A program made the position numbers and the translations under genes. From Nitrososphaerota archaeon (GTDB lineage Archaea; Thermoproteota; EX4484-205; JAAOZP01), in contig JAAOZP010000010.1 in NCBI GenBank assembly GCA_011605725.1, positions 1 through 64,000 of the forward strand: 64,000 nucleotides of DNA, read 5' to 3'. Positions 36,982 through 47,067 of this stretch are shown one piece after another; position 1 is the first letter of the stretch; every line of letters begins with the position of its first letter. Under the pieces are notes generated by a model, which was not told the DNA's origin, ran no database searches, and saw nothing but the letters and a program-made list of their open reading frames with translations.

Positions 36982-37272
36982 ATGGGCGGGTACAGATTTA
37001 AACCTGAAAGCCTCATCTACTGGACAAGGGTGGCTCTAGGAGCCCTATTGGGTGCTTTACACGCCTTCTTCTGGCGGCCTCCTTCAACGATAATAAGTGC
37101 ACTCCTAAACATGTTTTTAATATACGTCTTAACCTACTATTTTTTCAAAAGAATCTACAGGAACAGGCTTAAGGATGAGAGTGCTGCTTGGAAAGAGGGT
37201 GTGGGGAGCTTTTTCCTAGCCTGGCTATTCACATGGTTCCTCCTTTATAACATTCTATTCCCCTCTGGATAG
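36982..37272 (+). CDS. EMC6/Rab5ip-like three-TM protein
   Basis: LIYWTRVALG.LLG...; EGVGSFFLAWLFTWFLLYN matches the family G...F...W...W...Y ending. Confidence 0.7.
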   Translation: MGGYRFKPESLIYWTRVALGALLGALHAFFWRPPSTIISALLNMFLIYVLTYYFFKRIYRNRLKDESAAWKEGVGSFFLAWLFTWFLLYNILFPSG

Positions 37273-37572
37273 TTTCTCCAGAAAGTCTATCCATGCTGCA
37301 AAATATCCTTCCTCCTCCTGATTTAAGTAGTGTGTTCCAACTGTTTCCATTAGGCTTTTAACATGCTTCTCCAATTCCTTCGAAGGCTCTCCAATAATGC
37401 TTCCTTCAACAGGCTTCTTAAGCGTTTGAAGGATCCCTCTTAAGCCTCTGAAGTAGCCGACTTCATATTCGCAACTAGGTTTTAAACCATCTAACTGCTT
37501 CTCAGCCTCTTCAAGCCTTTTTCTAGCAAGCATTTCAAGTATTTTATCCGTCTGCTCCGTCTTCCTCTTCAA
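37255..37572 (-). CDS. Hypothetical helical protein
   Basis: 105 aa; duplicated E.GYF..L/W motif. Confidence 0.65.
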   Translation of the reverse strand: MKRKTEQTDKILEMLARKRLEEAEKQLDGLKPSCEYEVGYFRGLRGILQTLKKPVEGSIIGEPSKELEKHVKSLMETVGTHYLNQEEEGYFAAWIDFLEKLSRGE

Positions 37573-37659
37573 TCCCGGTTCTCTTTAAAACTTAAGCCTA
37601 ATAAGCTTATCAAGCATGCTCGAAAATCTTAAAACTTTTCCAATCGTTGGGAAGAATGC

Positions 37660-38835
37660 TTGAAATACTTAGTAATAGTTGGGGACGGAATGGCTGACTA
37701 CCCGGTGGAGGAGGCGGACGGTAAGACTCCTCTTCAAGTAGCGGAGAAACCCAGCATGGATGAGATAGCTAGAAGAGGGCGAATGGGCATGCTTCAAACA
37801 CTTCGTCCGAATCTGCCTCGAGGTAGCGATGTTGCAAACCTCATCATACTTGGGTATGACCCTTGCTCCTGCTATACTGGGAGAGGTCCGTTGGAGGCTG
37901 CTGCTAAAGGTATAAGGGTTGGGAATGATGAGGTTGTTTTCAGGTGTAATCTCATAACTGTTGAAGAAAACAGGGTTATAGATTACTCCGGTGGCCATAT
38001 TACTACGAGCGAGGCTGAAGTCTTGATATCTGAGTTAAACGAGAGGTTCAGCAGTGTCGGAAGGTTTTACACTGGCGTCAGCTACAGGAATATTTTCGTC
38101 TCTAAGAGAGGCGGGGGGTTGAGGGCTATTCCGCCGCACGATATTGTTGGTGAAGACTACGGCAAGCACTTGTTGAAACCGGATAATGAGGATTCTAGGC
38201 TGCTTAACAGGATGATGATTGAATCTGTCAGTATTCTGTCTGAAAACCAGGTTAACATCCGTAGGCGGAGGATGGGTGAGAGGCCTGCGAACATGGCTTG
38301 GATATGGGGGCAGGGCAGAATGCCAGACCTGGAGCCTTTCGACGTTAAACACGGCTTAAGAGGAGCAGTTATAGCGGCCGTAGACCTTATAAAAGGGATT
38401 GGTAGGCTTGCCCGGATGTTTGTGCCTGAAGTACCGGGTGCAACAGGTTACTATGATACTAGTTACGAGAACAAGGCGGTTTATGCGGTTAAATCTCTCG
38501 AGGAATATGACTTCGTGTATCTGCATGTTGAGGCTCCCGACGAGGCTGGTCACGAAGGGTCTTTCGAAACAAAGGTAAGGGTTATCGAAGAGATGGATAG
38601 GAGGCTTTTCGGAAAAATACTTGACACCGTTGACGAAAACGTTTCAATAAGCATTCTGGTTGACCATCCGACGCCGGTGTCTGTTAGAAACCATACGTTA
38701 GACCCAACTCCTTTCGCTGTTATGAAACCAGGTTTGAATGGGGACGGGCTTCCTTTCAATGAGGATTCTGGGTTTAAAGGGTCGTTCGGGCTTGTCGACG
38801 GGATGGAAATCGTTAAATTGATTAAAAGGGTTTAA
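37660..38835 (+). CDS. apgM: Cofactor-independent phosphoglycerate mutase (ApgM type)
   Basis: VGDGMAD, GKTPLQ, GSDVANL, YTGRGPLEA, HVEAPDEAGH, DHPTP. Confidence 0.95.
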   Translation: MKYLVIVGDGMADYPVEEADGKTPLQVAEKPSMDEIARRGRMGMLQTLRPNLPRGSDVANLIILGYDPCSCYTGRGPLEAAAKGIRVGNDEVVFRCNLITVEENRVIDYSGGHITTSEAEVLISELNERFSSVGRFYTGVSYRNIFVSKRGGGLRAIPPHDIVGEDYGKHLLKPDNEDSRLLNRMMIESVSILSENQVNIRRRRMGERPANMAWIWGQGRMPDLEPFDVKHGLRGAVIAAVDLIKGIGRLARMFVPEVPGATGYYDTSYENKAVYAVKSLEEYDFVYLHVEAPDEAGHEGSFETKVRVIEEMDRRLFGKILDTVDENVSISILVDHPTPVSVRNHTLDPTPFAVMKPGLNGDGLPFNEDSGFKGSFGLVDGMEIVKLIKRV

Positions 38836-38845
38836 GTCATACTCT

Positions 38846-39175
38846 ATGGCTCCTCCTAAGAGGAAAGGCTATCTTGCCGAGCGTAAGATCAGAATGTTTC
38901 TAAATAGACACGGCTGGATGACCGTTAGGTCCGGCGGAAGCCTTGGGCTGGCGGACCTGGTTTGCCTCAGGAAAGGTAAGTGTATCCTGATGCAGGTTAA
39001 GTCTACTAGTAAGCATTCGCTGTACGTGGAAGGACCGATGCCTAGTGAAATCGAGGGGTTTCCACTTTACGTCGTAGTGGACTTTGGATATGGTAACATA
39101 AGGGTTTTCAAACCTGGTGAAAAAATTAGTAGACAAGGTGGTGTTCCGTTAAGAGAGTTCTTGGAAAAATGTTGA
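38846..39175 (+). CDS. hjc: Holliday junction resolvase Hjc-like
   Basis: KRKGYLAER, VRSGGS...DLV, MQVKST. Confidence 0.8.
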   Translation: MAPPKRKGYLAERKIRMFLNRHGWMTVRSGGSLGLADLVCLRKGKCILMQVKSTSKHSLYVEGPMPSEIEGFPLYVVVDFGYGNIRVFKPGEKISRQGGVPLREFLEKC

Positions 39176-39297
39176 ACACGCCATGGAAAAAAGTTTTAAA
39201 CCATAAGGAAAGCCTTATAGGGGTTTTGAAGCAGTGAGTACTGGTGAATTATCTGATGAAAACGTCAGGCAATAGAAGGATGGTGAAAAGTTGAGGA

Positions 39298-40839
39298 ATG
39301 GTCACGCTGGAACGGATCATTCAGAGAACACCTTTTGAAAAGCTTGCTGGCCAAACCGTAATGGGCTATGTTGACGAGGTGAAAAGCTTCAGCGAGCTTG
39401 AGGAGATTGTGTTGAAGAACGCTTTAAGCGGGTTTATAATCGGCAGGAAAGCCCTCTCAGGACTTAAGAATCCTGGGTCCTCATTGAGGGAACTGGCTGC
39501 TTCCTACAGAAGAATCCTGGGTTTCCCCCTCATTATTGCTGCTGAGCATGAAGGCATTGGGCTTGAGGGTCTCTACCCGCCTGCAACAGAGTTGCCGAGT
39601 CAAATGGGTGTGGGTGCAACCGGGGACGTGAAGTCGGCCTACATAGCTGGTTACGTGACTGCTCTAGAATTGAGGACTCTTAGTATTAACACCAACCTGG
39701 CGCCAGTGGCGAACCTTTACTCCACCGGAATGGGAGAGAATTGCTTTGGAGATGATCCTGACGAGGTTTCTAGCTACGTGGTCAGCTACATAAGGGGTTT
39801 GAGAAACGGTGGCGTCATATCTTTTGTCAAATACTTTCCTGGAAGGTTTGAGAAGCATGTTGGCGAGGGAGATCTTAACGGTCTTCTTAAAAGAGATTTC
39901 AAGCCTTTTCAACAAGCCTTCAAATCAGGTGTTGAGGGTGTTGTGATTGGGCACAGTCCGCTTCCAGTTGCAGGAGACATGGATACTCCATCATCATTAT
40001 CGTCTAAGGTTGTTGAGAGGATAGTGAAGAGAGAAATGGGTTTTAAGAATCTTCTTGTGACGGATTATCTGGATGATAAGCAGGTCTCGGAGAACTTTGT
40101 TCCGGAGGAAGCTGCGATAAAGGCTTTGGAGGCGGGAAACCATATAGTGGTGCCTTCGCGAAGAATCGAGAAAACACAGGAGGTTTTGAACATCATTCTT
40201 GAAAAAACTAGGGAGGATAGGGGTTTATACGAGAAGGTAAGAAACAGTGCTTTAGAGGTACTGAGTTTCAAGCTTAAAAAGTTTGAGAAATTCAAAAAAA
40301 CTCCTGAGAAAACGCGTGGCAGTATTATAAACCGGACTAAAGCTTGGAAAATATTTATTCGAAGCATAGCTCTGATGAAGGGTGTCGAGGAACTTCCTCT
40401 AAGATGGTTGGGTAAGCCTCTCGTCGTCGTCACAGGTAGGTTTGAAGAAAAGCTGGATGAAACGGGTAAGAATACCCTTATAGAGGTTTTGAGAGAAGAG
40501 CTTGGAGAGTTCAATCTTTTGGAGCGCTTCGAAGAAGTTTCCAGCAAGAAACTTGGAGAGATTTATAGAAGTACTCCTAGCAATACGCTACTGTTAGTAC
40601 TGGCTTACAATACGCAGGAAAACAGGCGGGAACTCTCTATGCTTAAAAAGCTTGTAGAGTTCTTCAGGGAGAGCGTAGTCATATCGCTCGGAGCCCCTGA
40701 GGATCTGCCACAGTTAAGCAGCGCTAAGATTTGCGTTGCCGCTTTCACCCCGAGCGTGACCGCCGTCAAGGCTACTTTAAAGGTTTTAAAAGGCAGGTTT
40801 AAACCCATGGGGAAACCACCTGTTAAAATATGGCTTTAA
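39298..40839 (+). CDS. GH3 (NagZ-like) two-domain protein with degenerate active site
   Basis: LPSQMGVGATGD, NLAPVA, FGDDP, KYFPG, PF, LVTD, ALEAG, C-terminal P.GK.PV. Confidence 0.8.
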   Translation: MVTLERIIQRTPFEKLAGQTVMGYVDEVKSFSELEEIVLKNALSGFIIGRKALSGLKNPGSSLRELAASYRRILGFPLIIAAEHEGIGLEGLYPPATELPSQMGVGATGDVKSAYIAGYVTALELRTLSINTNLAPVANLYSTGMGENCFGDDPDEVSSYVVSYIRGLRNGGVISFVKYFPGRFEKHVGEGDLNGLLKRDFKPFQQAFKSGVEGVVIGHSPLPVAGDMDTPSSLSSKVVERIVKREMGFKNLLVTDYLDDKQVSENFVPEEAAIKALEAGNHIVVPSRRIEKTQEVLNIILEKTREDRGLYEKVRNSALEVLSFKLKKFEKFKKTPEKTRGSIINRTKAWKIFIRSIALMKGVEELPLRWLGKPLVVVTGRFEEKLDETGKNTLIEVLREELGEFNLLERFEEVSSKKLGEIYRSTPSNTLLLVLAYNTQENRRELSMLKKLVEFFRESVVISLGAPEDLPQLSSAKICVAAFTPSVTAVKATLKVLKGRFKPMGKPPVKIWL

Positions 40840-40887
40840 GTATTATTCAGATGAGATTAAATACTGGCTGATACTTTTCTGAAGACG

Positions 40888-42564
40888 TTGAAGTGGTGGA
40901 GGATACAGTTTAAGAAAGACGGTGGAGAAACCTATTCTAATGCATACAGGCTCGTAAACAATCTTGTTGAAGCAGGGTTTAAAGTTGGAAGGGTGGTGAA
41001 GCTCAGAAGCAGCAGGGACACGCATCTTAAACCTGGCGACTTCGTGATCGGTGTAGAAGATGATTATTCGGAATGCTTGATGAAGGATCTTGGAGAGGAG
41101 TATAGTGTAGAGTTGAAGCCTTTGAAAAACGTTGAGCATCAGAGTGTTTCTTGGCTGCACGTCCCGCTAATTGGATTATACAGTGGGAACGGGGTTTCAG
41201 TATCGTACTTGAAGGAAACCGTGGAGACCTTGTTTAACATGGGTTTTAGGAGGATATCTCTCCTTCCAGGACCTTTGACGCCTGAAGACTTGCGTGCCAT
41301 AGATGTCTTAATAGTTGGCGGTGGAGATAGTTTCGAAATACTCAGGTCACTCGGGAAAGACGAAGCTAGAAATATCAGGCAATTCGTAGAGTCCGGAGGC
41401 TTATACATAGGAATATGCGCCGGTGCACTACTTTTGCTTAAACCAGTTAACCTGCCCGTATCAGCATACGGTGAGATAGAGGCTTGGAACGAGCTTCAGA
41501 TGGTTGATTGCGAACTCGTGAGCGATATGGTTTCAGAGCCTTCTTGGCCTGTTTTCTCAGGAAGACGGCTCAGCGGGATTCTAAGGACTTACCCTGTAAC
41601 AGGTCTCGTTAAGTCGAGGATTACGAGAAGAGGAATGTTGACACTGGGATATAGGGGTGAGCTCACGATGTTTCACACTGGTCCGTTTGTTAAAATCGCC
41701 AGTGCTAAACAGGTTTACGCAAAAATAATGCTGCCCCTTAATAGCGTGGAGTATGGTATACCTTGCGAGGAAGCGCTGGAAACGATGGAAGGCGCTAGCA
41801 GCATTGCGTTTACTGAACATGGATCTGGAAAGATAGTCCTATTCTTTTCTCACGTGGAGAGCCGTAGAACTCCCTTCACACACGGTTTGCTCGGGAACGC
41901 TGTGCTACTGAAAGCTTACTTGAGCGGGGAGAAGGTTTCTATGCCATCTGTAGAAGCTATGGAGCAGGAGACCCTTCGGGAAGCATCTGAATCCTGTAGG
42001 ATGCTGAAGCTGATCCGAGACTCTGCGAGCAAGGTTGTCGACCAGATGGAGAGCGTCGTGCCTTGGCTTTATGCCGCCCGACTTCCGGATAGAGCTATAA
42101 GGCTTAGCATACTTAAGCAAGCATTAGCCAGCATCCTAGAGGAAGAGGATGTTGTTCTAAGCTCGGTCAGCGAGTCTGTTGAGGCTGAGAAACTGCTTCA
42201 GGAGCTCAGAAGGAAGAAACCGGCCCTGTTTCAGACAACAGTTTTATCCAATAATCTGGCAGAATGGAAGTATGTTATTAGCAAGACTAGAAAAGCATTA
42301 ACCCCGATTCTTGAAAGAATCATGAAGATTCAGGAAATGATGGCTGATTTCTCCGCCACAGTAGTATCCTCTCCAGGGGAGGAGATCGAAAGCAAGTTCG
42401 ACCTCTTATTCAACAGTATTGTCGGCGGTAGAATGGTCAGCGGGAAGACGATGATTGTTTCGCCTGGAATCGTCTCTCCGATGCTGAGCATAATGCTTAA
42501 CATTCAAGATTTCCTTGAAAAAACAAGATTCTTAAGGAAGATCATAACGTATGTTCAACCCTAG
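40888..42564 (+). CDS. BPL_N / class I glutamine amidotransferase-like domain protein with a helical C-terminus
   Basis: IGLYSG.GV, VLIVGGGDS, IRQFVESGGLYIGICAGA, SHVE. Confidence 0.75.
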   Translation: MKWWRIQFKKDGGETYSNAYRLVNNLVEAGFKVGRVVKLRSSRDTHLKPGDFVIGVEDDYSECLMKDLGEEYSVELKPLKNVEHQSVSWLHVPLIGLYSGNGVSVSYLKETVETLFNMGFRRISLLPGPLTPEDLRAIDVLIVGGGDSFEILRSLGKDEARNIRQFVESGGLYIGICAGALLLLKPVNLPVSAYGEIEAWNELQMVDCELVSDMVSEPSWPVFSGRRLSGILRTYPVTGLVKSRITRRGMLTLGYRGELTMFHTGPFVKIASAKQVYAKIMLPLNSVEYGIPCEEALETMEGASSIAFTEHGSGKIVLFFSHVESRRTPFTHGLLGNAVLLKAYLSGEKVSMPSVEAMEQETLREASESCRMLKLIRDSASKVVDQMESVVPWLYAARLPDRAIRLSILKQALASILEEEDVVLSSVSESVEAEKLLQELRRKKPALFQTTVLSNNLAEWKYVISKTRKALTPILERIMKIQEMMADFSATVVSSPGEEIESKFDLLFNSIVGGRMVSGKTMIVSPGIVSPMLSIMLNIQDFLEKTRFLRKIITYVQP

Positions 42565-45500
42565 CTAGACATATGTTGACAGAGGTAGGTCCTTATGATA
42601 CTCGTCTAAAGAGAATGGCTCCTGTTCACTGCCATTATTATTGTTTTTAAACTGTATTGCTTCAACTATTTTCTCCGCGACCTCTAGACTCGTAATTACA
42701 GGTATGCCGAATTCTACTGCTGTCCTCCTGATTGCATACATGTCTTCAAGAGTACTCTTATCCCTATGGTCTGGAGTGTTTATCACTAGGCCTATCTTGC
42801 CACTTGCTAGGAAGCTTATTGAGTCGACCCCGTCAACAGACTTTTCGCTAAGCCTCCTAACCAGTATTACGTCGTTCAAACCGTTAGAAACCAAGAAGTC
42901 TCTTGTGCGTCGAGTGGCGGCGAGTGTAAAGCCCATTTCCTTGAGGGTTGAAGCCAGTTTTAAAGCTCTAGGCTTATCCTCGTCCCTAACTGTTATGAAT
43001 ATGATGTCGTTCTTAGATGGCAGGCTTAGACCTGAGGCTTCCCATGCCCTGGTGAAAGTATTTATGAAGTCGTAACCGATGCACGCTACTTCTCCTGTCG
43101 ACCTCATCTCTACACCTAGAACAGGGTCTGCTCCTTTAAGCCTGACGAATGAGAAAACCGGCACTTTAACTCCAACAGTCTTCTCGTTATGCTTCAACAA
43201 GTCTTTAAACTCCCTAAGCTTCCGCGTAGCAATGAGTTTTCCTGCAAGCCATATCAATGGTATGCCTCTCGTCTTGCTTACAAAGGGCATTGTTCTGCTT
43301 GCCCTAACATTAGCCTCTATAACGTAGACCTCTGAATCCTTAACCAGGTACTGTATGTTGAAAGCCCCCACTATCCGGAGTTCCTTCGCGATTCTAACCG
43401 TGTAGTCCTTAATCTTCTCGACAACGTCTTCAGCAAGCCTCTGCGGGGGAATCATGATAGTTGCGTCGCCGCTGTGTGTTCCAGCGTACTCCAGATGCTC
43501 CATCACTCCGCCTATGAATACTTCCTCGCCGTCACTTACAGCGTCCACTTCCGCTTCATAAGCTTGTTCGAAAAACTTGCTTATAACCACGGAGTGCTCT
43601 GGGGATATTCTAGTCGCGTTGCGAATATATTCTACAAGCTCCTCCTCGTTTGCAGCCACGTTCATCGCTGCTCCGGACAGCACGTAGGAAGGCCTTATTA
43701 AAACAGGATACCCTATCTCTCTTGCTTTCACAACAGCCTCTTCCATGCTAGTTACTCTCGTCCAGACCGGCTGCTTTATGCCAAGGTTGTCTAAAAGGAG
43801 GCTGAACTTCGCCCTGTCTTCAGCGAAATCTATGCTTAGAGGAGATGTTCCAAGGATTCTAACACCATGCTTATAGAGTTTTTGACTAATGTTGATCGGA
43901 TCCTGCCCACCCATTGTCACTACAACGCCTTCAGGCTTCTCGGCCTCAACAATGTCCATTACTCTTTCAAACGAAAGTTCTTCGAAATACAGCTTATCCG
44001 ACATGTCGTAGTCCGTAGAGACTGTTTCAGGATTATTGTTCACTACAATGACCTCGTCAAAACCCTCTTCTTTCATAGACCATACTGTATGCATCGTGCA
44101 ATAGTCAAACTCAACGCTGCTCCCTATTCTGTTAGTCCCTGCCCCAAGTATTATAACCTTCCTTCTGCCAGTTTCTTCCGAAATATCGGTGGCTTCATCA
44201 CCGTAGGTGGCGTAAAGATAGTTTGTAACGGATTCCCACTCCGCAGCCATCGTGTCTATCAGTTTGAAAACAGGTTTAACACCATGCTTAATCCTAAAAC
44301 TTCTAACATCGTCTTCACTCCAGCCAAGCCTCTTTGCTATCTGAATATCTGAGAACCCTAGTCTCTTAGCCTCCTTAATTTTTTCAACGATCTTCTCCTC
44401 ATCCTTCTCTCCGCGAAGATGTTTGAGCTCAGAATCTACCCGTATTATGTTCAGTATTCTGTAGAGAAACCATTTGTCTATACCCGTCAACCTACTTATC
44501 TCGTCTACGCTAACGCCAGACTTTAAAGCCCTGACGAGGTTGAAAAGCCTCTCATCACTGGGCTTAAGAAACTCAGCTAAATCTGCCGGAACTCCGTCCT
44601 CCTCACCGTCATTCCCAACTACGCCAACCCTACCTATTTGAAGCATTCTAACAGCTTTTTGTAGGGCTTCTTCGAAAGTCCTGCCTATAGCCATTACTTC
44701 TCCAACGGATTTCATCATGGTTCCTACAGTTCTGTCAACGTTTCCAGGGAATTTTTTGAAATCCCACCGGGGGAATTTCACAACAACATAGTCTAACGCG
44801 GGCTCGAAGCTGGCTTTCGTAACCCCAGTAACCTTGTTCGTGAGCTCCTCTATACGATATCCTATGGCAAGCTTCGTAGCAAGGTACGCCAGAGGATAGC
44901 CGGTGGCCTTGGACGCTAGTGCACTTGACCTTGAAAGCCTCGGGTTGACCTCGATGACGATCAGCTCCCCATTTTCAGGATTAAGGCCGAACTGAATATT
45001 GCATTCTCCAACTATTTTCAGCTTATCCACGATTCTGAGGCCAGCTTCCCTAAGCCTATGATACTCTTTGTTCGTAAGTGTCTGAATAGGAACAACAACT
45101 ATCTTCTCACCAGTGTGTACACCAAGCGGATCGAAACCCTCCATCGTCGCGACTGAAACGCTATTTCCATAATAGTCCCTCATATACTCGTACTCAAGTT
45201 CCTTCCACCCGTAGTAGGATCTCTCTATGAGAACCTCCCTATTAATGCTCCATTTCAACGCTTTTGAAACCGTCTCGTAAAGCTCATCTCGATTCCTAGC
45301 TATTCCTGAACTCTGACCTCCAAGTGTGAAAGAGGTTCTAACGAGAAGCGGGAAACCAAGTCTCTCCGAGGCCTCAACCGCCTCCTCCGGGGTTTTTGCA
45401 ACACTGCTCGGAGGAACTTTCAAACCTATCTCCCACATTGCCCTTCTAAACAGGTCCCTGTCTTCAGCTGTCCTGATTGTTTCAATAGAGCATCCGAGTA

Positions 45501-45843
45501 CTTTAACGCCATACTTGTCTAAGATGCCTGCCTCATGCAGGCCTATGCCAAGGTTGAGAGCAGTCTGACCTCCGAAGCCCAGAAGAATACCATCCACCCT
45601 TTCCTTCTCAATTATTCTTGAAACAGATTTAACGGTCAGCGGCTCAAGATACACTTTGTCAGCCATTCTCCGGCTCGTCTGAATGGTTGCAATGTTCGGG
45701 TTAACTATAACCGTCTCTATGCCTTCCTCCTTCAGAGCCTTAAGCGCCTGACTCCCACTATAGTCGAATTCAGCCGCTTGGGCTATTACTATCCCTCCGC
45801 TTCCTATTACGAGCGCTTTTCTTATATTGCTAATCCTGGGCAT
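42565..45843 (-). CDS. carB: Carbamoyl-phosphate synthase large subunit
   Basis: IGSG.IVIAQAAEFDYSGSQA, IEVNPRLSRSSALASKATGYP, NPETVSTDYD, MGS domain. Confidence 0.98.
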   Translation of the reverse strand: MPRISNIRKALVIGSGGIVIAQAAEFDYSGSQALKALKEEGIETVIVNPNIATIQTSRRMADKVYLEPLTVKSVSRIIEKERVDGILLGFGGQTALNLGIGLHEAGILDKYGVKVLGCSIETIRTAEDRDLFRRAMWEIGLKVPPSSVAKTPEEAVEASERLGFPLLVRTSFTLGGQSSGIARNRDELYETVSKALKWSINREVLIERSYYGWKELEYEYMRDYYGNSVSVATMEGFDPLGVHTGEKIVVVPIQTLTNKEYHRLREAGLRIVDKLKIVGECNIQFGLNPENGELIVIEVNPRLSRSSALASKATGYPLAYLATKLAIGYRIEELTNKVTGVTKASFEPALDYVVVKFPRWDFKKFPGNVDRTVGTMMKSVGEVMAIGRTFEEALQKAVRMLQIGRVGVVGNDGEEDGVPADLAEFLKPSDERLFNLVRALKSGVSVDEISRLTGIDKWFLYRILNIIRVDSELKHLRGEKDEEKIVEKIKEAKRLGFSDIQIAKRLGWSEDDVRSFRIKHGVKPVFKLIDTMAAEWESVTNYLYATYGDEATDISEETGRRKVIILGAGTNRIGSSVEFDYCTMHTVWSMKEEGFDEVIVVNNNPETVSTDYDMSDKLYFEELSFERVMDIVEAEKPEGVVVTMGGQDPINISQKLYKHGVRILGTSPLSIDFAEDRAKFSLLLDNLGIKQPVWTRVTSMEEAVVKAREIGYPVLIRPSYVLSGAAMNVAANEEELVEYIRNATRISPEHSVVISKFFEQAYEAEVDAVSDGEEVFIGGVMEHLEYAGTHSGDATIMIPPQRLAEDVVEKIKDYTVRIAKELRIVGAFNIQYLVKDSEVYVIEANVRASRTMPFVSKTRGIPLIWLAGKLIATRKLREFKDLLKHNEKTVGVKVPVFSFVRLKGADPVLGVEMRSTGEVACIGYDFINTFTRAWEASGLSLPSKNDIIFITVRDEDKPRALKLASTLKEMGFTLAATRRTRDFLVSNGLNDVILVRRLSEKSVDGVDSISFLASGKIGLVINTPDHRDKSTLEDMYAIRRTAVEFGIPVITSLEVAEKIVEAIQFKNNNNGSEQEPFSLDEYHKDLPLSTYV

Positions 45844-46980
45844 TCAGGCAGCCCTCCTTGTTTTTTCAACAAGCTTCAGAAACATTTCGAAGTATATTTT
45901 CGCATCATAGGGGCCTGGAGACGCTTCAGGGTGGAACTGTACTCCGAAAACCGGCTTATCTTCAAGCCTAACTCCTTCAACGGTCTCGTCATTCACGTTT
46001 ACATGTGTCAGCCTTAGCCTTGAATCCTCCAAGCTTTCCCTGCTGACTGCGAAACCATGGTTCTGACTAGTTATATAGATTTTTCCTGTTTCAAGATCTA
46101 GGCACGGATGATTCTGTCCCCTATGCCCGAACTTCAATTTGTAGGTTTTTGCTCCGAGCGCTAGCGAGATCAGCTGGTGGCCTAGACATATTCCGAAAAC
46201 CGGGACACCATATTCTATTAACCCCCTTACCGTTTTGAAGACATATTCTAGAAGCGCAGGGTCACCTGGACCGTTTGAAACAACAATGCCATCCGGCTCA
46301 AAACTCATGATTCTATCTAAAACGGTGTTGTGAGGAACCTGGATCACTTTAAAGCCGAGTACTAGAAGGTTTGCGATTATGGATTTCTTGACGCCAAGGT
46401 CTATGAGAACAGCTTGAAAACCATTGTGCTTAGCTGGCTCGTGCTCAATGATCCTGCTCGTAGAAACCTCTGCAGCGAGATTCCTCTTATTCGGATCCTG
46501 GACGCGTCTCGCTTTTTCTAAAAGAGTGTTTACATCCACATTTTCATCCTCATGATAAACTTTCAAAATACCGAGTTGGGTTCCCATGACCCTTATTTTC
46601 TGAGTTAGCATCCTCGTGTCAACCCTTGAAATGCCTGGTATGGACTCCTTCTCCAACCATTCTGACAGGGACATCACCGAGGTGCGGTGGCTGGGCGTGT
46701 CTATGCATTCCCTTACGACGAGGCCCCTGATCTTCGGCCTGTCTGATTCAAAGTCATCAGGGTTAACTCCGTAGTTTCCAATAAGTGGATAAGTTTGAAT
46801 GAGTATTTGCCCCCAGTATGATGGGTCTGTTATTGATTCTACGTACCCAACCATGCCGGTGTTGAAGACAAACTCGCCGTCAACCTCGCCTACGGCACCG
46901 AAGCCTTCGCCGCGAACAACAGTTCCGTCTGCAAGAACTATGATTGCCTTCTTCTTATTCCCATTCTTGCTTTTTGTCAC
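45844..46980 (-). CDS. carA: Carbamoyl-phosphate synthase small subunit
   Basis: FNTGMVGY.E.ITDPSY, SNGPGDP, GICLGHQ, QFHPEASPGP. Confidence 0.98.
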   Translation of the reverse strand: MTKSKNGNKKKAIIVLADGTVVRGEGFGAVGEVDGEFVFNTGMVGYVESITDPSYWGQILIQTYPLIGNYGVNPDDFESDRPKIRGLVVRECIDTPSHRTSVMSLSEWLEKESIPGISRVDTRMLTQKIRVMGTQLGILKVYHEDENVDVNTLLEKARRVQDPNKRNLAAEVSTSRIIEHEPAKHNGFQAVLIDLGVKKSIIANLLVLGFKVIQVPHNTVLDRIMSFEPDGIVVSNGPGDPALLEYVFKTVRGLIEYGVPVFGICLGHQLISLALGAKTYKLKFGHRGQNHPCLDLETGKIYITSQNHGFAVSRESLEDSRLRLTHVNVNDETVEGVRLEDKPVFGVQFHPEASPGPYDAKIYFEMFLKLVEKTRRAA

Positions 46981-47067
46981 AGACTTATTCGAGGAGAGAA
47001 AGGTGCTGTCCCGCCTATTTAAAGGTTATCCGCAAAGAAAATAAGCTGGTGTTAAGCATGAGAAGCG

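Noticed and set aside
39254-39290. CTGATGA...GAAA or C/D-box-like words upstream of the GH3 gene
   Set aside because: No supporting stems and no properly spaced C and D boxes
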